Assembly: GCF_000981445.1 (NCBI RefSeq)
Contig: NC_027220.1
Coordinates: 372,001 to 436,000 of the forward strand
DNA: 64,000 bases
Source: Babesia bigemina
Taxonomy: Eukaryota
Direction of reading: 5' to 3'
Shown piece after piece: positions 25,599-37,200 of the stretch. The position numbers and the translations under genes were made by a program. Numbering within the stretch: the first letter of the stretch is position 1; each line of letters starts with the position of its first letter. The notes beneath the pieces are model-generated. The model did no database searches, had not been told where the DNA came from, and was given only the letters and a program-made list of their open reading frames with translations.

Positions 25599-26337
25599 AT
25601 CAAACCATTAAACTTTTTCTGGACGTTAAGTTTGTGTTTATATTTGTCTAGTCGTATATTACTGACCATCTCTGGTTGCTGCTGTCTCCTCAAGTTTACT
25701 TGAGTCCTACCCCTCGAACATATTTGGCGTTGACTTCAGGTCGCACGCCACGCTGTTACATCGTATATGTCAAGTCACTTGTTCTGCGTAGATGCGTAGC
25801 TAGTTGCCTGACTATGTTCATCTCCGGGCTCTACGTTTTCATTACTTATGGGTGTTTCCATGTAATTTTGTGTGGCATATGAGCACTCTCCTTCTGATAT
25901 CCTTCCCCAGGCCCCCGAAACTCTTATTTTGTGTATTTATCTAATGCTCTCATATCTTGCTTTAGATATCGACACTGGTGATCGTTGTGTTTCGCATACC
26001 CGACGCGATGGTGTCCGGTCTATTATGTTAGGTGGGATGATACAATGGTTCCATATCCATCCTGTTTACTGCAGTAAACATAAACTATTTACCAAATTTT
26101 TCACTTTACTGTCTCTTATCACCTCTGGGTGATACGCTTTTTATGTCTCCTACTAACACATGTGGAGGAAAACTCCGGACCATACAGACAGCTGCTGCGA
26201 TCCTTGTTGAGTTATTGACGCTCACAGAAAACTTACAGTAATTACGTAAACGATTACATATATCGCTGATTTTGGGGGTTTTTAACTTCGTGGCATTGTT
26301 ATAGTAGTTGCAATCACAGCGGTTAAGGTAACACGTA

Positions 26338-29274
26338 ATGCCATCCACAATGGACAGCTCTAGCTTGGTGAAAATTCTGTTTGTATTATGCGGGGCGTTG
26401 ATGCATTGCATTAGAAATAGCGTTGCATTCCATTGTGATTTTGACGATCCACATGATTTGCTCAGCAGTAATGCTTTAGTGAGTTGCCATTTGGATTTCG
26501 ATGACTTCAAATACGCACCTCTTGTATGCCCACACCAGATCAACGACGCCGAATACGTATGGCATCCACAGCCAACCGTTGGCTATGACGCTCGCCTCAA
26601 CACTTATGTGGTAAAAAATGGCACACTTGTATCCGTCGCTATTTCGGATGTCGTGCACTCTGAATCTAACAATCCATCTGTTAGGTTTAGATTGAACCCT
26701 TCACAAACTCAACTGTACTTCGACTTGCCAAGGCATGAACTATTAGCTATTACTGAGCGCCGTATGATATTCATTTGTGGGCCGCGAAATTTGGTTCTAA
26801 GTGATGCATTGCAGCGTCAACTGGATAGCCTCAATGGTGATGTCCAAACGCAAGAACATTCTTGGACGTCAGAAACAGCGTTGATTCGGGAGATTAGAAA
26901 ATTTGGTAAAGGATTGGGGGTAGTATTTTTGTATAGACGCCGTCAACATATACCCCTTCAGGGTTGTGGGAGCCATCCGTCTCCATTGTTTGCTGCAGAT
27001 AATGAGGTAACTGTGGACTCCAACACCGGTACACGTTCATGTGTAGCGGATCCCATGTCAGAATCACGTATAGGGTTTTTTTGTGAAGGCCTAATTGAAC
27101 CTAAGGAGTGTATGAAATTCCTCTTGGACCATGATGGCAAAATTGTGACTGCCCCCAGACCATATCCATATTGGAATTTCGATATGCATAGCCCTTGGGT
27201 AGCAGCGCGTTATTTTGATAAATTGGCATTACCGCGATTTCATGGCGAATGCATTTGTAAAGATCACAGCACTGGCCAGGTGAAAGCCAGGATAGAAATC
27301 CGTCCGAAAAACGACTACGTTTGTGACATTGCCAGCAAGATCTTCCGTAACCGTCACCGTCCAATCCGCGGCCCTTGGTGTTCGGTGGTACTTCATCCAG
27401 GCAGTACCTTGACCATAAAGTTCCCGACACAAATTGCCACGTCGGTTTCAACAAACGAGCGTTCCGATGAGGATCTCTATGTGGATGTAGACGAAGATGT
27501 TTCGAGTCTGCCATTCTCTCAATTGCCATTCATCTATGAATACGAAACTGAATTTCTGCCCAGGAACTTGGCTACGCTGAGGCAACTTAAAACTGTATAT
27601 GGCATTGATCTCTACCAAGAAGTCTTGTACCACGACGTCCTTGTCGGCGATGCTCTGGAGTTGGATATTTCTAGAATATCCCACGGTGAAGTAATGCTAA
27701 AATACCGCATGGGCAAGCCTCTTGCTCTACGAAGCGGATTGAACTCGTTTTATTTTCATTGGACATTGATATCTAGGAATGACTATGTCCCAGACAACAT
27801 AAGCGCCATCGTCAAAGTCTCTTTGGCGTTTACCCACCAGTACGGGATCCTTGGTTGCGAACGAGGGCCACAGAGGGTGTTCGATGCGGCAATCAGCGAG
27901 ACCAATTGTACAACCAAAAGGGTAGGGAACGGTGTAGGGAATACTTATGAATGCGTGTATGATATGAGGCACGGTAGACAAGTTGGCATTCATTGCAGAC
28001 TCGATGAGGAGTTGTTGCCAAACAACTGTGAATCTACGGGGTACGACCTAACATCTAACAAGATTATGCAATTCACTGGATCATATCGTAATGTAACTCC
28101 ATACCCCATTCGGGGATTTCAAGTTTTCGACATGGGTGCACAAGATAAACCCCTCAGTTTTGCTTGTGTGTGCGTCGACCAACGTGGATACGAAAAGTCG
28201 AAGCTTATTGTAGAGTACAGCCAAAAGGTATCATACCAATACAAAGTACGCGGTGAAGGGGCGTCACATCTGTTGTTACCTTACATTCTGTTGCCGTGGC
28301 GTGAGATAGGTTTACCAAGTGAAGGCAGGTTTCCTTCAAAGTCGCTCATCCTAAATAACGTATCTCAAAAGTCGGTTATGCTACACGTAGGGAAAACATT
28401 GCTGCTTCATTGTGGCATTGGTCCGATTTCATCGTTTCAATATGAACGTTTAATGCGCGGCAGAAGTGCGGGCATGATAGTAACTACATGGTTACCAATG
28501 CAACCTGACGTGTTCTATTATGCCGTCACGCAGAGAGCATACAACACTGAGCTAATACGCAAAACATACGAAGATTCGATAGTTAGCACCGCGGGTGGAT
28601 TTCGAGTCGTCTACGAGAACACGTATTCACCCGAATATCAACGCTTGACGATAACATCACCTCGATACGCCATTCTCATTTCCAAAGATCCAGCTCACAA
28701 GGAATACGTGCCCATGACATTCGTCTGCGGCAAAGCGCCTGAACAATCTGACTTGTCCTTAGTCACAGGTGATGTACCTAGTTCAGGCGACTCTGCAGAA
28801 CGAAATGTTCTTATCAATGAATCATCGGAGCGATATACGTGGAACGTCCTTGATGTTGCCGTCAAGACCACTGACCCGTACATGCAAGGCTGCGGTGTCA
28901 CCTACGAATCAGATGATCTCTTCAAGCCGGAGACTCCCAAACTCTACGACACTGACGGACGACAAATCGGTTGCAAGATAGACATTCAGAATGTTAAAGA
29001 AGCGGCTTTCTACTGCCCAGCACCGTATGTCTTGGACCCACCCAACTGCTTCGACCAAGTGTTAGTGGAAGGAAAGGTGAAGAACCTGAGCGACATCAGC
29101 CAGTCTATCGTAGCGTCACATTCCAACCACTTCGTCATACTGCAGTTCGACAGTTCTCGTATAGGGCGCGGGGAGACTCTGCGCAAGACACCGCCCTTAG
29201 AATGCCAATGCGTAACCATCAAGGGCGTCATCCTATCCACCATCCAGATTAAGCACTACTATTCCAAGGGATAA
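26338..29274 (+). CDS. 6-Cys (s48/45) domain secreted protein, 978 aa
   Basis: Signal-peptide-like N-terminus (LVKILFVLCGALMHCIRNSVA). Three s48/45-like modules: LQGCG...IGFFCEG..EP.EC; ILGCE...VGIHC...LLPNNC...FACVC; MQGCG...AAFYCPAPYVLDPPNCF...LECQC. Confidence 0.8.
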   Translation: MPSTMDSSSLVKILFVLCGALMHCIRNSVAFHCDFDDPHDLLSSNALVSCHLDFDDFKYAPLVCPHQINDAEYVWHPQPTVGYDARLNTYVVKNGTLVSVAISDVVHSESNNPSVRFRLNPSQTQLYFDLPRHELLAITERRMIFICGPRNLVLSDALQRQLDSLNGDVQTQEHSWTSETALIREIRKFGKGLGVVFLYRRRQHIPLQGCGSHPSPLFAADNEVTVDSNTGTRSCVADPMSESRIGFFCEGLIEPKECMKFLLDHDGKIVTAPRPYPYWNFDMHSPWVAARYFDKLALPRFHGECICKDHSTGQVKARIEIRPKNDYVCDIASKIFRNRHRPIRGPWCSVVLHPGSTLTIKFPTQIATSVSTNERSDEDLYVDVDEDVSSLPFSQLPFIYEYETEFLPRNLATLRQLKTVYGIDLYQEVLYHDVLVGDALELDISRISHGEVMLKYRMGKPLALRSGLNSFYFHWTLISRNDYVPDNISAIVKVSLAFTHQYGILGCERGPQRVFDAAISETNCTTKRVGNGVGNTYECVYDMRHGRQVGIHCRLDEELLPNNCESTGYDLTSNKIMQFTGSYRNVTPYPIRGFQVFDMGAQDKPLSFACVCVDQRGYEKSKLIVEYSQKVSYQYKVRGEGASHLLLPYILLPWREIGLPSEGRFPSKSLILNNVSQKSVMLHVGKTLLLHCGIGPISSFQYERLMRGRSAGMIVTTWLPMQPDVFYYAVTQRAYNTELIRKTYEDSIVSTAGGFRVVYENTYSPEYQRLTITSPRYAILISKDPAHKEYVPMTFVCGKAPEQSDLSLVTGDVPSSGDSAERNVLINESSERYTWNVLDVAVKTTDPYMQGCGVTYESDDLFKPETPKLYDTDGRQIGCKIDIQNVKEAAFYCPAPYVLDPPNCFDQVLVEGKVKNLSDISQSIVASHSNHFVILQFDSSRIGRGETLRKTPPLECQCVTIKGVILSTIQIKHYYSKG

Positions 29275-29763
29275 GTAATCCAGATGTAACAACTCGTTTG
29301 GTAATTAGAAACTTTAATTGTCAGTTTATGTTGGTTGCTCTGTTGGTTTGTGTCCCCAGTGGCAGCATTAGTATTTGGTGAAATTACTGCAGTTACCAAT
29401 CCAATAACATATTTTAGTCTTTATAAAGTTTGTGTAAAACATAATGCCTGCTTACTAGATTGAAATGAAAATAAGTCTTACTTGTTACGTTATGCAGTTC
29501 TTCTTGCCAAAACGTAAAAGGTGTGCTGCTACCATTTCCATGTATGGTCACAATTTTGAAAGCCGACAACGGCCTTAATACGTAGTAACGAGTAATACTT
29601 GATACCTAGCGATGGACGGCACGTATTTCACCGATGTTGGCAAGCGATCCATGCGGTACCTGGCCGTGTCGATCAATGGGTTGCGAAACACACGCCTACT
29701 GCCTTAACTCATCGTCATGTGCTTACGGTACACTCTGCAAGATGTTATGTAATGCTGGTGTAA

Positions 29764-30225
29764 TTATTATTATAACCTCTTGTTTTATATTGTGCTATGT
29801 GGCAACGTGCCTAGGGCCGGTTTTCGGCTTTGGCGGGGCTACCGCCTCACGCTGTTGTTGGATGCGTGATTCCCGTCGGTACGTTGCCGATCGTAACTGC
29901 TGCCATGTGTTGGCTTTCACCCTGTTAGGGCTTGAAGGTCTTCTACGAAGTCGTAGTCTTCTTTCGGTTCCATGTCCCTCATCACTATTTCATGTGTTTC
30001 TTGGATCACTACCCGTGGTATGTGAGCATCCATGCGATCCGATATGCCCAGGTACCGTCTATACTTGCTGTGTTCTTTCGTCACTATTCCCTCCCACGTC
30101 ATCACGTAGGGGATAACCCTGATCTTCGTTTGCTGGTTAAACTGTCACGCCTTGAGGTCCTCGATTAGGTCTTCATACTTCTGCTTCTTGAACTTATCCG
30201 TATCCAATAGGTTTATGTAATGTTG
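29764..30225 (-). mobile_element. Decayed, 5'-truncated non-LTR retrotransposon fragment (C-terminal part of a restriction-like endonuclease domain plus 3' end)
   Basis: One minus-strand frame reads through a TGA at 30145-30147: YINLLDTDKFKKQKYEDLIEDLKA*QFNQQTKIRVIPYVMTWEGIVTKEHSKYRRYLGISDRMDAHIPRVVIQETHEIVMRD. This matches the K..KY..L / IIPYVMTWDGIVT..H..Y...L.I....AYIQ..V...T.E pattern remembered from RLE-type LINE proteins. Three small hairpins and (TAA)3 follow. Confidence 0.7.
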
Positions 30226-31263
30226 CAGTAAGTCACATTGGTAAATGCGAACTGCGACTGTATAGGTGCCACCCAACTCAGTAACAGCCCACAGATTGAT
30301 GGGATAGTGAACAACAAAAGCTTGAATTCCTCGTATTAAGATGTTAATCAGTAACACGATGATAATCGTGTTGGAAAAGGGGTGAGTTCTAGATGTCGGT
30401 GAAGGGCGTTCAGGAAATATCAGCTGAATCGTGCGACTTATCACATCATGGCTGGGATATTCGACCTTACATCACCTTAGGTAGTTTTGTTCTTAAATAG
30501 TGATACTATGAATGAATTCACGTACATTTGGTTACGTGCCAATTAATAGAGTTAGGTGGTCCATTGAAGTGCGAAGTGTCGTTGGTTAGGTGACCCAATG
30601 CTCTCAAATTGTGACAGATGAGTAGTTGCTAACGCATTTCAGGATGTAGGATAGTGACAATCGATACTTGGCGCTGTTTCAACGGTAACTTATTTGATGC
30701 ATTACTCCATGGTTATGTTTGCAACACCCAAACCATAGTGCAGAGATAAATATGGGGTAGCTTTGTCAGTCTATATATAACCTGCTGGGCGTGCTATGTA
30801 TGTGGTGTAAAACATGCCGTTGCCATCTTTGGCGGTGTGGGTGATGGAGGATGCTTGGGTGCTTCCCTTGCTCTTAGGGGAGACGGCTTGGCGGCATGAC
30901 GGTGCAGCGTTTGGAAACGCATACTATCTCCCAATCGAAAACTTAATGGTCCGTCTCGTTCATCTACAGTGCTCCAACTTGCCATGATAGTCAGGTTCCG
31001 TGCTTGATTGATTATTGGGTTTGCAACTTTCCCCCTCCTCAGGTAGGTGGGATGTCTGTAATCTATGTTTTCTTGAATCTAGTTTTGGGGTGAGGAGTTA
31101 TGTGCCTCGCTTTAGTGCCATAAGGCTCTGCGTTGTCACTCGCTTCAGCTCCTAATCTTGCAACTTTACCCAATAAGCACACTTGGCCGTTTGGCCATGC
31201 TGTCTTATAGGCAGCGGCGCAGGCCCTGACTGCCTGGCAATGTGACTGTCCGAGGCTAGCGGC

Positions 31264-34200
31264 ATGGCGCCGAAGGCCTTGACTGACTGTCCCGAGAACC
31301 TTCGAGAGGCGATCGACTGGCTCATCCAGGTGAAGCACTGTGGTGGGATTTCGACTGTGTCCGACGCTCTCGCTTCGTTGTTTGACAATGTTGCTCGGGA
31401 CGCTGAGAAATCTCAGCCGTCTCTGCTCGACTCGGACCGGCCGTCCGCCAGAGATGTGGTCTCCAAGCTTCGGGCGTTTCAGAGTACTCTTCCGGAAGAC
31501 TCTGAGAATCCTCATAAAAACATTATACATAATCTCTGCGCCTCCGCTGGCAGCCTATTAGGTTATCGGTATCCTGGTACCTACTACGGTTCTGGGATTG
31601 TATATGGCAACGCCTCCCGTCTGTGCCATGCCATCCTGGCATTCTTGTATCCCGTGTTCAGTGATGTCCATGATAACCAGCCGTACGTTGCTGGTAGAAG
31701 TGTATTGCGTGATGATGTAATTGTGGAATTAAAATCCCAACTATGGCGCGGCCACAAGGGGTTTTGTCAAGCCATCCCCAGGGTGGCCACTGGCCTGCAG
31801 AGGTACAATGCCGCTGTCAAGGCTTCAAACGAAAGAGTCAAGGAGCCGATTGAGACCGTGTTGAATTACGTGAAACCAGATGGTGAGTTGTGTAAAGGTA
31901 TAAAAGATTTGCAGATATCGGAAACATCTCCGCTAGCTGAATATGAGAGAACTGTGTCCACGGCTGTCTCCCTGGTGGAGGGGTGCAAAGAGGTTGCCCG
32001 GGTATTCTCTAGAAGTCTGACGGCGGCCACAAATGCCATAAATGACTTCAACCCCAAGCTGAAAAGGAAGCTCGAGAACGCCAGGAGAAGCTTTTTCAGC
32101 CACGTTGACTGGCTGAGCAGGTGGTCCAAGAAGGGGGAGAAAAAGCGGTTGGACAAGATGGTACAGAAAATCAAGAGCAAGCTTAAAAGGTTCGCAAAAG
32201 CCGTCAAAGACAAAATTAAACAAGAAGTGCATGCCGTTGTCGAGGTGTTGAAGGACCGTGTCAAAGAGTTTAGAATGAAGTTGGAAGCAATTACTGTCAG
32301 TCTGGAGAAATATGTCAAGGAACTAGGACAGTGGATGGGTGAGGCGAAAGAGTATATTAATGCAGTGAAGAAGTATGTTGATCAGATAATGAAGCAACTG
32401 GATGGAGAGCATAGAAAGGCGATTGACAGGGCCGCCGCGGACATTGATAGTGAGCTTGGCAAGAAGGTTGAGGAGTTGAATAAGTGGATTGAGGATGCGG
32501 ACGCCGCCGTAAAGGCGGCCAAGGAGAAGGCCGAGGATGTATATGGGAGGTTGGATAAGGATAGCAGTACGAAATTTAGTGTGGGACTTAAGAAGATCGA
32601 AGCTGCAAAAGGCAAAATTGAGAGTGTGAGTAGCGAGCTTAAAAATGTTCACAGTGATTTGGGGGATTGGAAAGTTGTGGTGCAGGATGTGATCAGCAAA
32701 GCTGCTGGGAAGGCAGATGAGGTGAGTGAGCAATTGGATCCTGCTCAACAAGATGAAAACCATTCAATTGGCAAAAACCTTAATGATATTGAGACCTCTG
32801 AAAAAGCAATCAATGAAGCAAATGAAAGCCTCCAGGAAGAAGTTACCAAGTTGAGTAAGTCGATCACGGAAGCTGACCGTATCCGTGAGCAGGCGCAGCA
32901 GAAAGCCCAGGAAGTTTACGATAGCTTGACAGTTCATAACGAACTGAGTGAGAAAATCAAAGAAATTCAGGCAGCAAATCAGAAGATTAAAGATGTCAAT
33001 ACTGGGCTAAAAAGTGTGGACAGCAAATTGGGAGAATGGAATAAGGAGGCTAGCACAGTTATCGAAGGGGTGGTGAAAACGGCGACGGAAGTATATGACA
33101 AGTTGAATCACGGAGATAACCAACAGGTGATTGGCCAAGGCATCAAGCAGATTCAGGACGCCAAACAGAACGTTGATGATGTTGCTAAGGGGTTAACATC
33201 TGTTAATGAGGATTTGCAGAAATGGAGAGAGGCGGCGGAGACTGTGCTTAGCACTACGGTTGATAAGGCTGCAGAGGTGCATAAAGCTTTGGATCCTGCG
33301 AAAGGTAAGTCGACGCTGGGTGAGCAAATCGATGCGATCGATACTGCTGGACAATATATTAAAAGTGCAAATGATCAACTCAAAAGCCAAGTTGGCAATT
33401 TAAGTAAGTGGATGCAAGATGCCGAAGATATCCGCCATAAGGCGGAGGAAAAGGTCAGGGAAGCATATAATAAGTTGCAAGTTAATGAGAAACTGAGCAA
33501 AAATGTTAAGAGGATTGTGGATGCTAAGGAAAAAATAGATAAAGTTCATAATGCAGTTGAGACACAAGTTAAGGAGTTGGGACGGTGGAAGGATCAGACT
33601 GAATGTGTTATTGGCAGGGCTATAAAAAATGCGGAGTATGTCAATGATACGTTGAGAGATCGTCTTGACCCTAAGATTGGTGAAATTGAACAACATAATG
33701 ACGCAATTAAAGAAGCTCAAGCTAAGCTTGAGCAGGCAGTTCAGCATCTAGGTAAGTGGAGCGATGCCGCAAAGAATGTCATTAAGAAGGCCGACGAAAA
33801 GTGTGATGAGATACTTAGACGGGTTAAAACGGATCCCAGCAGCAAGGATGATACTATTTATAAGCAGGCTGAATTGTTAAAATACCAGGGCATAAAACTT
33901 CTGAAGGCTGCCGATGTTGCAAAGCAGACAGTTGAATCCAAAGTCAAGGATGCGTTGGAGGCTGTGAAGGCTATGGACACAGATCTCAAGAAGGATTTGT
34001 TTGAAGTCAAGACAAACATTGCTGAAGGGATAAAAACGGTTATTGAGGAGTTGAAAGTTGATCAGTTGGGTGATAAAGTGAAAGAGGATTTGAAGCAGTT
34101 GAGGGAGAGGATTGTGAATCTCAAGGATAAAGTGGATAAACCCAGCGGCAGCGGCCTGGTGGAAGAGCAGCTGAAAGCGCTTGGAAAGGCGAAAACTCCG

Positions 34201-37200
34201 CTTACTGAGAAGACTAGTCAAATAAAGACGCAGACGGAGGAGATGGATAAGAAGTTCAAGGAGACCATCAAGGATCCGCTTGACAAAGGTCTCCAAGCAG
34301 TTGAAGGGGAGATCGAGAAGCTCTACGGACAAATCAATCCAGGAGGCAGCGCAACAGCTGCGGATAAAAAGCAACTTCACAAAATTTTCGAGCATATGAA
34401 AAAAGAAGTTGCGGTGATTAAGGGGAGGGCAGGGAATGGTGTAAATGATCAAAACTCCAAAGGCTTGGAGGGGATTGTCACTAATGCGAAGGTGCTTGCT
34501 CAGCAGTTCCACGGTGGCAAAAAATTTGAAAATAAAGTTAACGGGTTTGTAATGGAAATACTGCGGGAGAATAAGATTGTGCAGGGAATACTTAAGAAGT
34601 ACGCACAGGACAAGGGTTTAGGTGAAAATTACACGAAGCTTGATAGCTCAGGAAATTCACCGTTTCGCAAGTATATCGCAGAGAGTTTGCAGATACATCT
34701 GAGAGACGAGGCTAATGCGGCTGGTAAAAAAGTTGAAGAAAAGTTCGGAGAAGCGGATAATTCCAGGGAGAAGATTCAGAGATACATCACTACTGTAAAA
34801 GAAGGCCTAACAACATTTGTCAATGAGATCGAGAAAAGACTCAAAGTTGAACAAATTAATAATTTGGAGGGTAGTATTGATACGCTTGTAGGCACTATAG
34901 TCTCGGGCATCGTGAATGATATCAAAAGTAGAGGCCAACCCCGCCAAATCCAAACTAACGACGACCTTCTTAAACTCGCCGTCAAGCGCATCTTCATGAA
35001 GCTCATCGTTATTGTACGTAAAGTTGCAGCGGAAGTAGAATTCTTAGGCACCAAAGTTTTTGGCAAAATCTTAGACACTATAAAGCCGACTGTTGATGAA
35101 CTTGACAAAAATCTAAAAGCGGTGACAGACACCGGCAGAACTCCCGTTCATGGCACAGCCCAAGCAGTGGACAGGGCGATCGAGGGGGTGAAGGGTATGG
35201 TTAGAAGTACGATTGAACAGAAATTTGAGAGCGATGTCAAAACGCCAGTTGAACAAGCAGTTCAAGGCCTTGAAAAGGCCGTTACCGAATACGACAAGCA
35301 AGTTAAGGAACAAGTCAGGGAAGCGGTTAAGGGGGCGATTGAGCAGGCGGCTGAAGAGATTAGTACGGATGAGAATGTGACGCTTGGTGACGTGAGGGAT
35401 AAGATGGAGAATTTCAACGGTGCGTACAGTTTAATTATAGGTGGGCTTCAAGGACAACTGAGTTCAATACTTGATAAGCAGTTGACGAGTAGAGCGGATA
35501 AAGTCGACATTAACAAGGCTGCAGGTTTCAAGAAATATACAGGTCACGTATCAACTGGCTATACCACTGACCACTCGTATGGTAAAATGAATTCGGCAAT
35601 CAACGTCATTAAGGGCGAGGGTCTGAATGCTCTTGAAAATACAATTGGTACCACTGCAGCGCAGAAGATAGAGGCAGACGCATTCAAAAAGCCGTTTAAA
35701 GCAATAGAAATACAGCTCTCGACAATCACTGATGTCGTTACTAACGAAGGCTTTAAATTTCTTGGCGATAAAGATGAAAGCAGAAAAGGTGTCAAGGTTT
35801 TGTTGGCTGAGCTTAAAGATGGGTTTGACAATAAGCCAGTGGGTGAATCAGCAAAAGGTCTTGATGCAATAACAAAGGCTATTGGAGAGCTGCGAAAAAA
35901 CACTTTTTCTCCTAAATCCGAGCAAATTGGCAAAGCTGTCACAGAAATGAAGTCGCAGGTTGAAGATCTTAAGAACAAGTTGAAGAGTGATGGTAAAGAT
36001 GATAAAGATTCAGTCATCAACGCATTGAAGGATTTGAAGGATGCTGGTCTAGCTAGTGGGAAATGGAACGGCAAGGATGGACGTCAAGTAGGCGGTCTTC
36101 AGAAAATCGAGGATGATCTTAGAAAACAAAATGAGGAGTTACGCAATCAAACAATAGAAATTGGCAAAGCCTTCGACTATACTCTAAGAGAATTGAAGGG
36201 TATGCTTGCGCAAGTCGGCTTGAGGTTACACAACATCATTGTACCGGATGACGTCATGGACAATCTGAAAGATATTAAATTGAAGATTGGTAGGGGAAAA
36301 AATATAGGGCTTGAACATATTCATGAATTGATTAAGAAACTACAAGAAGGGAATTTTACACATAATCCCGAAGAAATTGGCAAAGCAAAGGACGAAATCA
36401 CAAACAAACTTAAAAAACTGCAAGATGACTTGCAAGGTGACAAGAACAATGACGTCATCGAAACGTTGAGAGATTTGAAAGATGTTGGCCTTGGCAATGG
36501 TGATTGGAAAAAGAAAAATAACACAAAAGGCCTTGAGAAAATCAAAAATGAGCTTAAGGCTCAACTAGATGAATTATCCGTCCAGCCAGATTTCATTGAC
36601 TTAGGCATTGCCCAGATTACCAAGCAGCTTGATGAGCTGAGAACCACATTTCAGAGTGGTAACAAAAATCCTAATGATGACGTGATAAATAGATTGGAAG
36701 ATATGCGAAGGAATGGGCTTAGTGATGAGACAAAATCTTGGAACGGTAAAGATGGCCTCGGTAAAATAAGGAGTAACTTTCAAGAGCAAAATGTTAAGTT
36801 GTTCGAGGCAAGAGATCAAATTGACAAAGCAACTGACATTGTACTCTCACATACACAAAGTGTGCTTAAAAGTGCTGAACATAAATTGCGTAGCGATGTA
36901 GCTAACGACGACGTCCTGGACCATTTAGAGGAGCTGAAGAGAAAGATTGGTAAAGATGGTGTTGTGGAAGACAGTCTTCAAGGAATCCATAATAAGATTC
37001 ATGAGCTGCAAGAACGGGAGTTCGTTGTGCAATCTAAAGGAATTGTAGAAGCAAAGAAGCATATTGAAGAGGGACTTCAAGAGCAGCGGATGACATTGCA
37101 AAAGAATGTTACTAATCCGTTGAATGATTTGGTAAACAAGGGTTTTGGCCCCAGTGAGAACTGGAATTACCTTAATGCCAAGGGGTTTAATCACATTCAA

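Noticed and set aside
29634..30168. Plus-strand ORFs of 160 and 78 aa
   Set aside because: Antisense shadows of the minus-strand retroelement relic.
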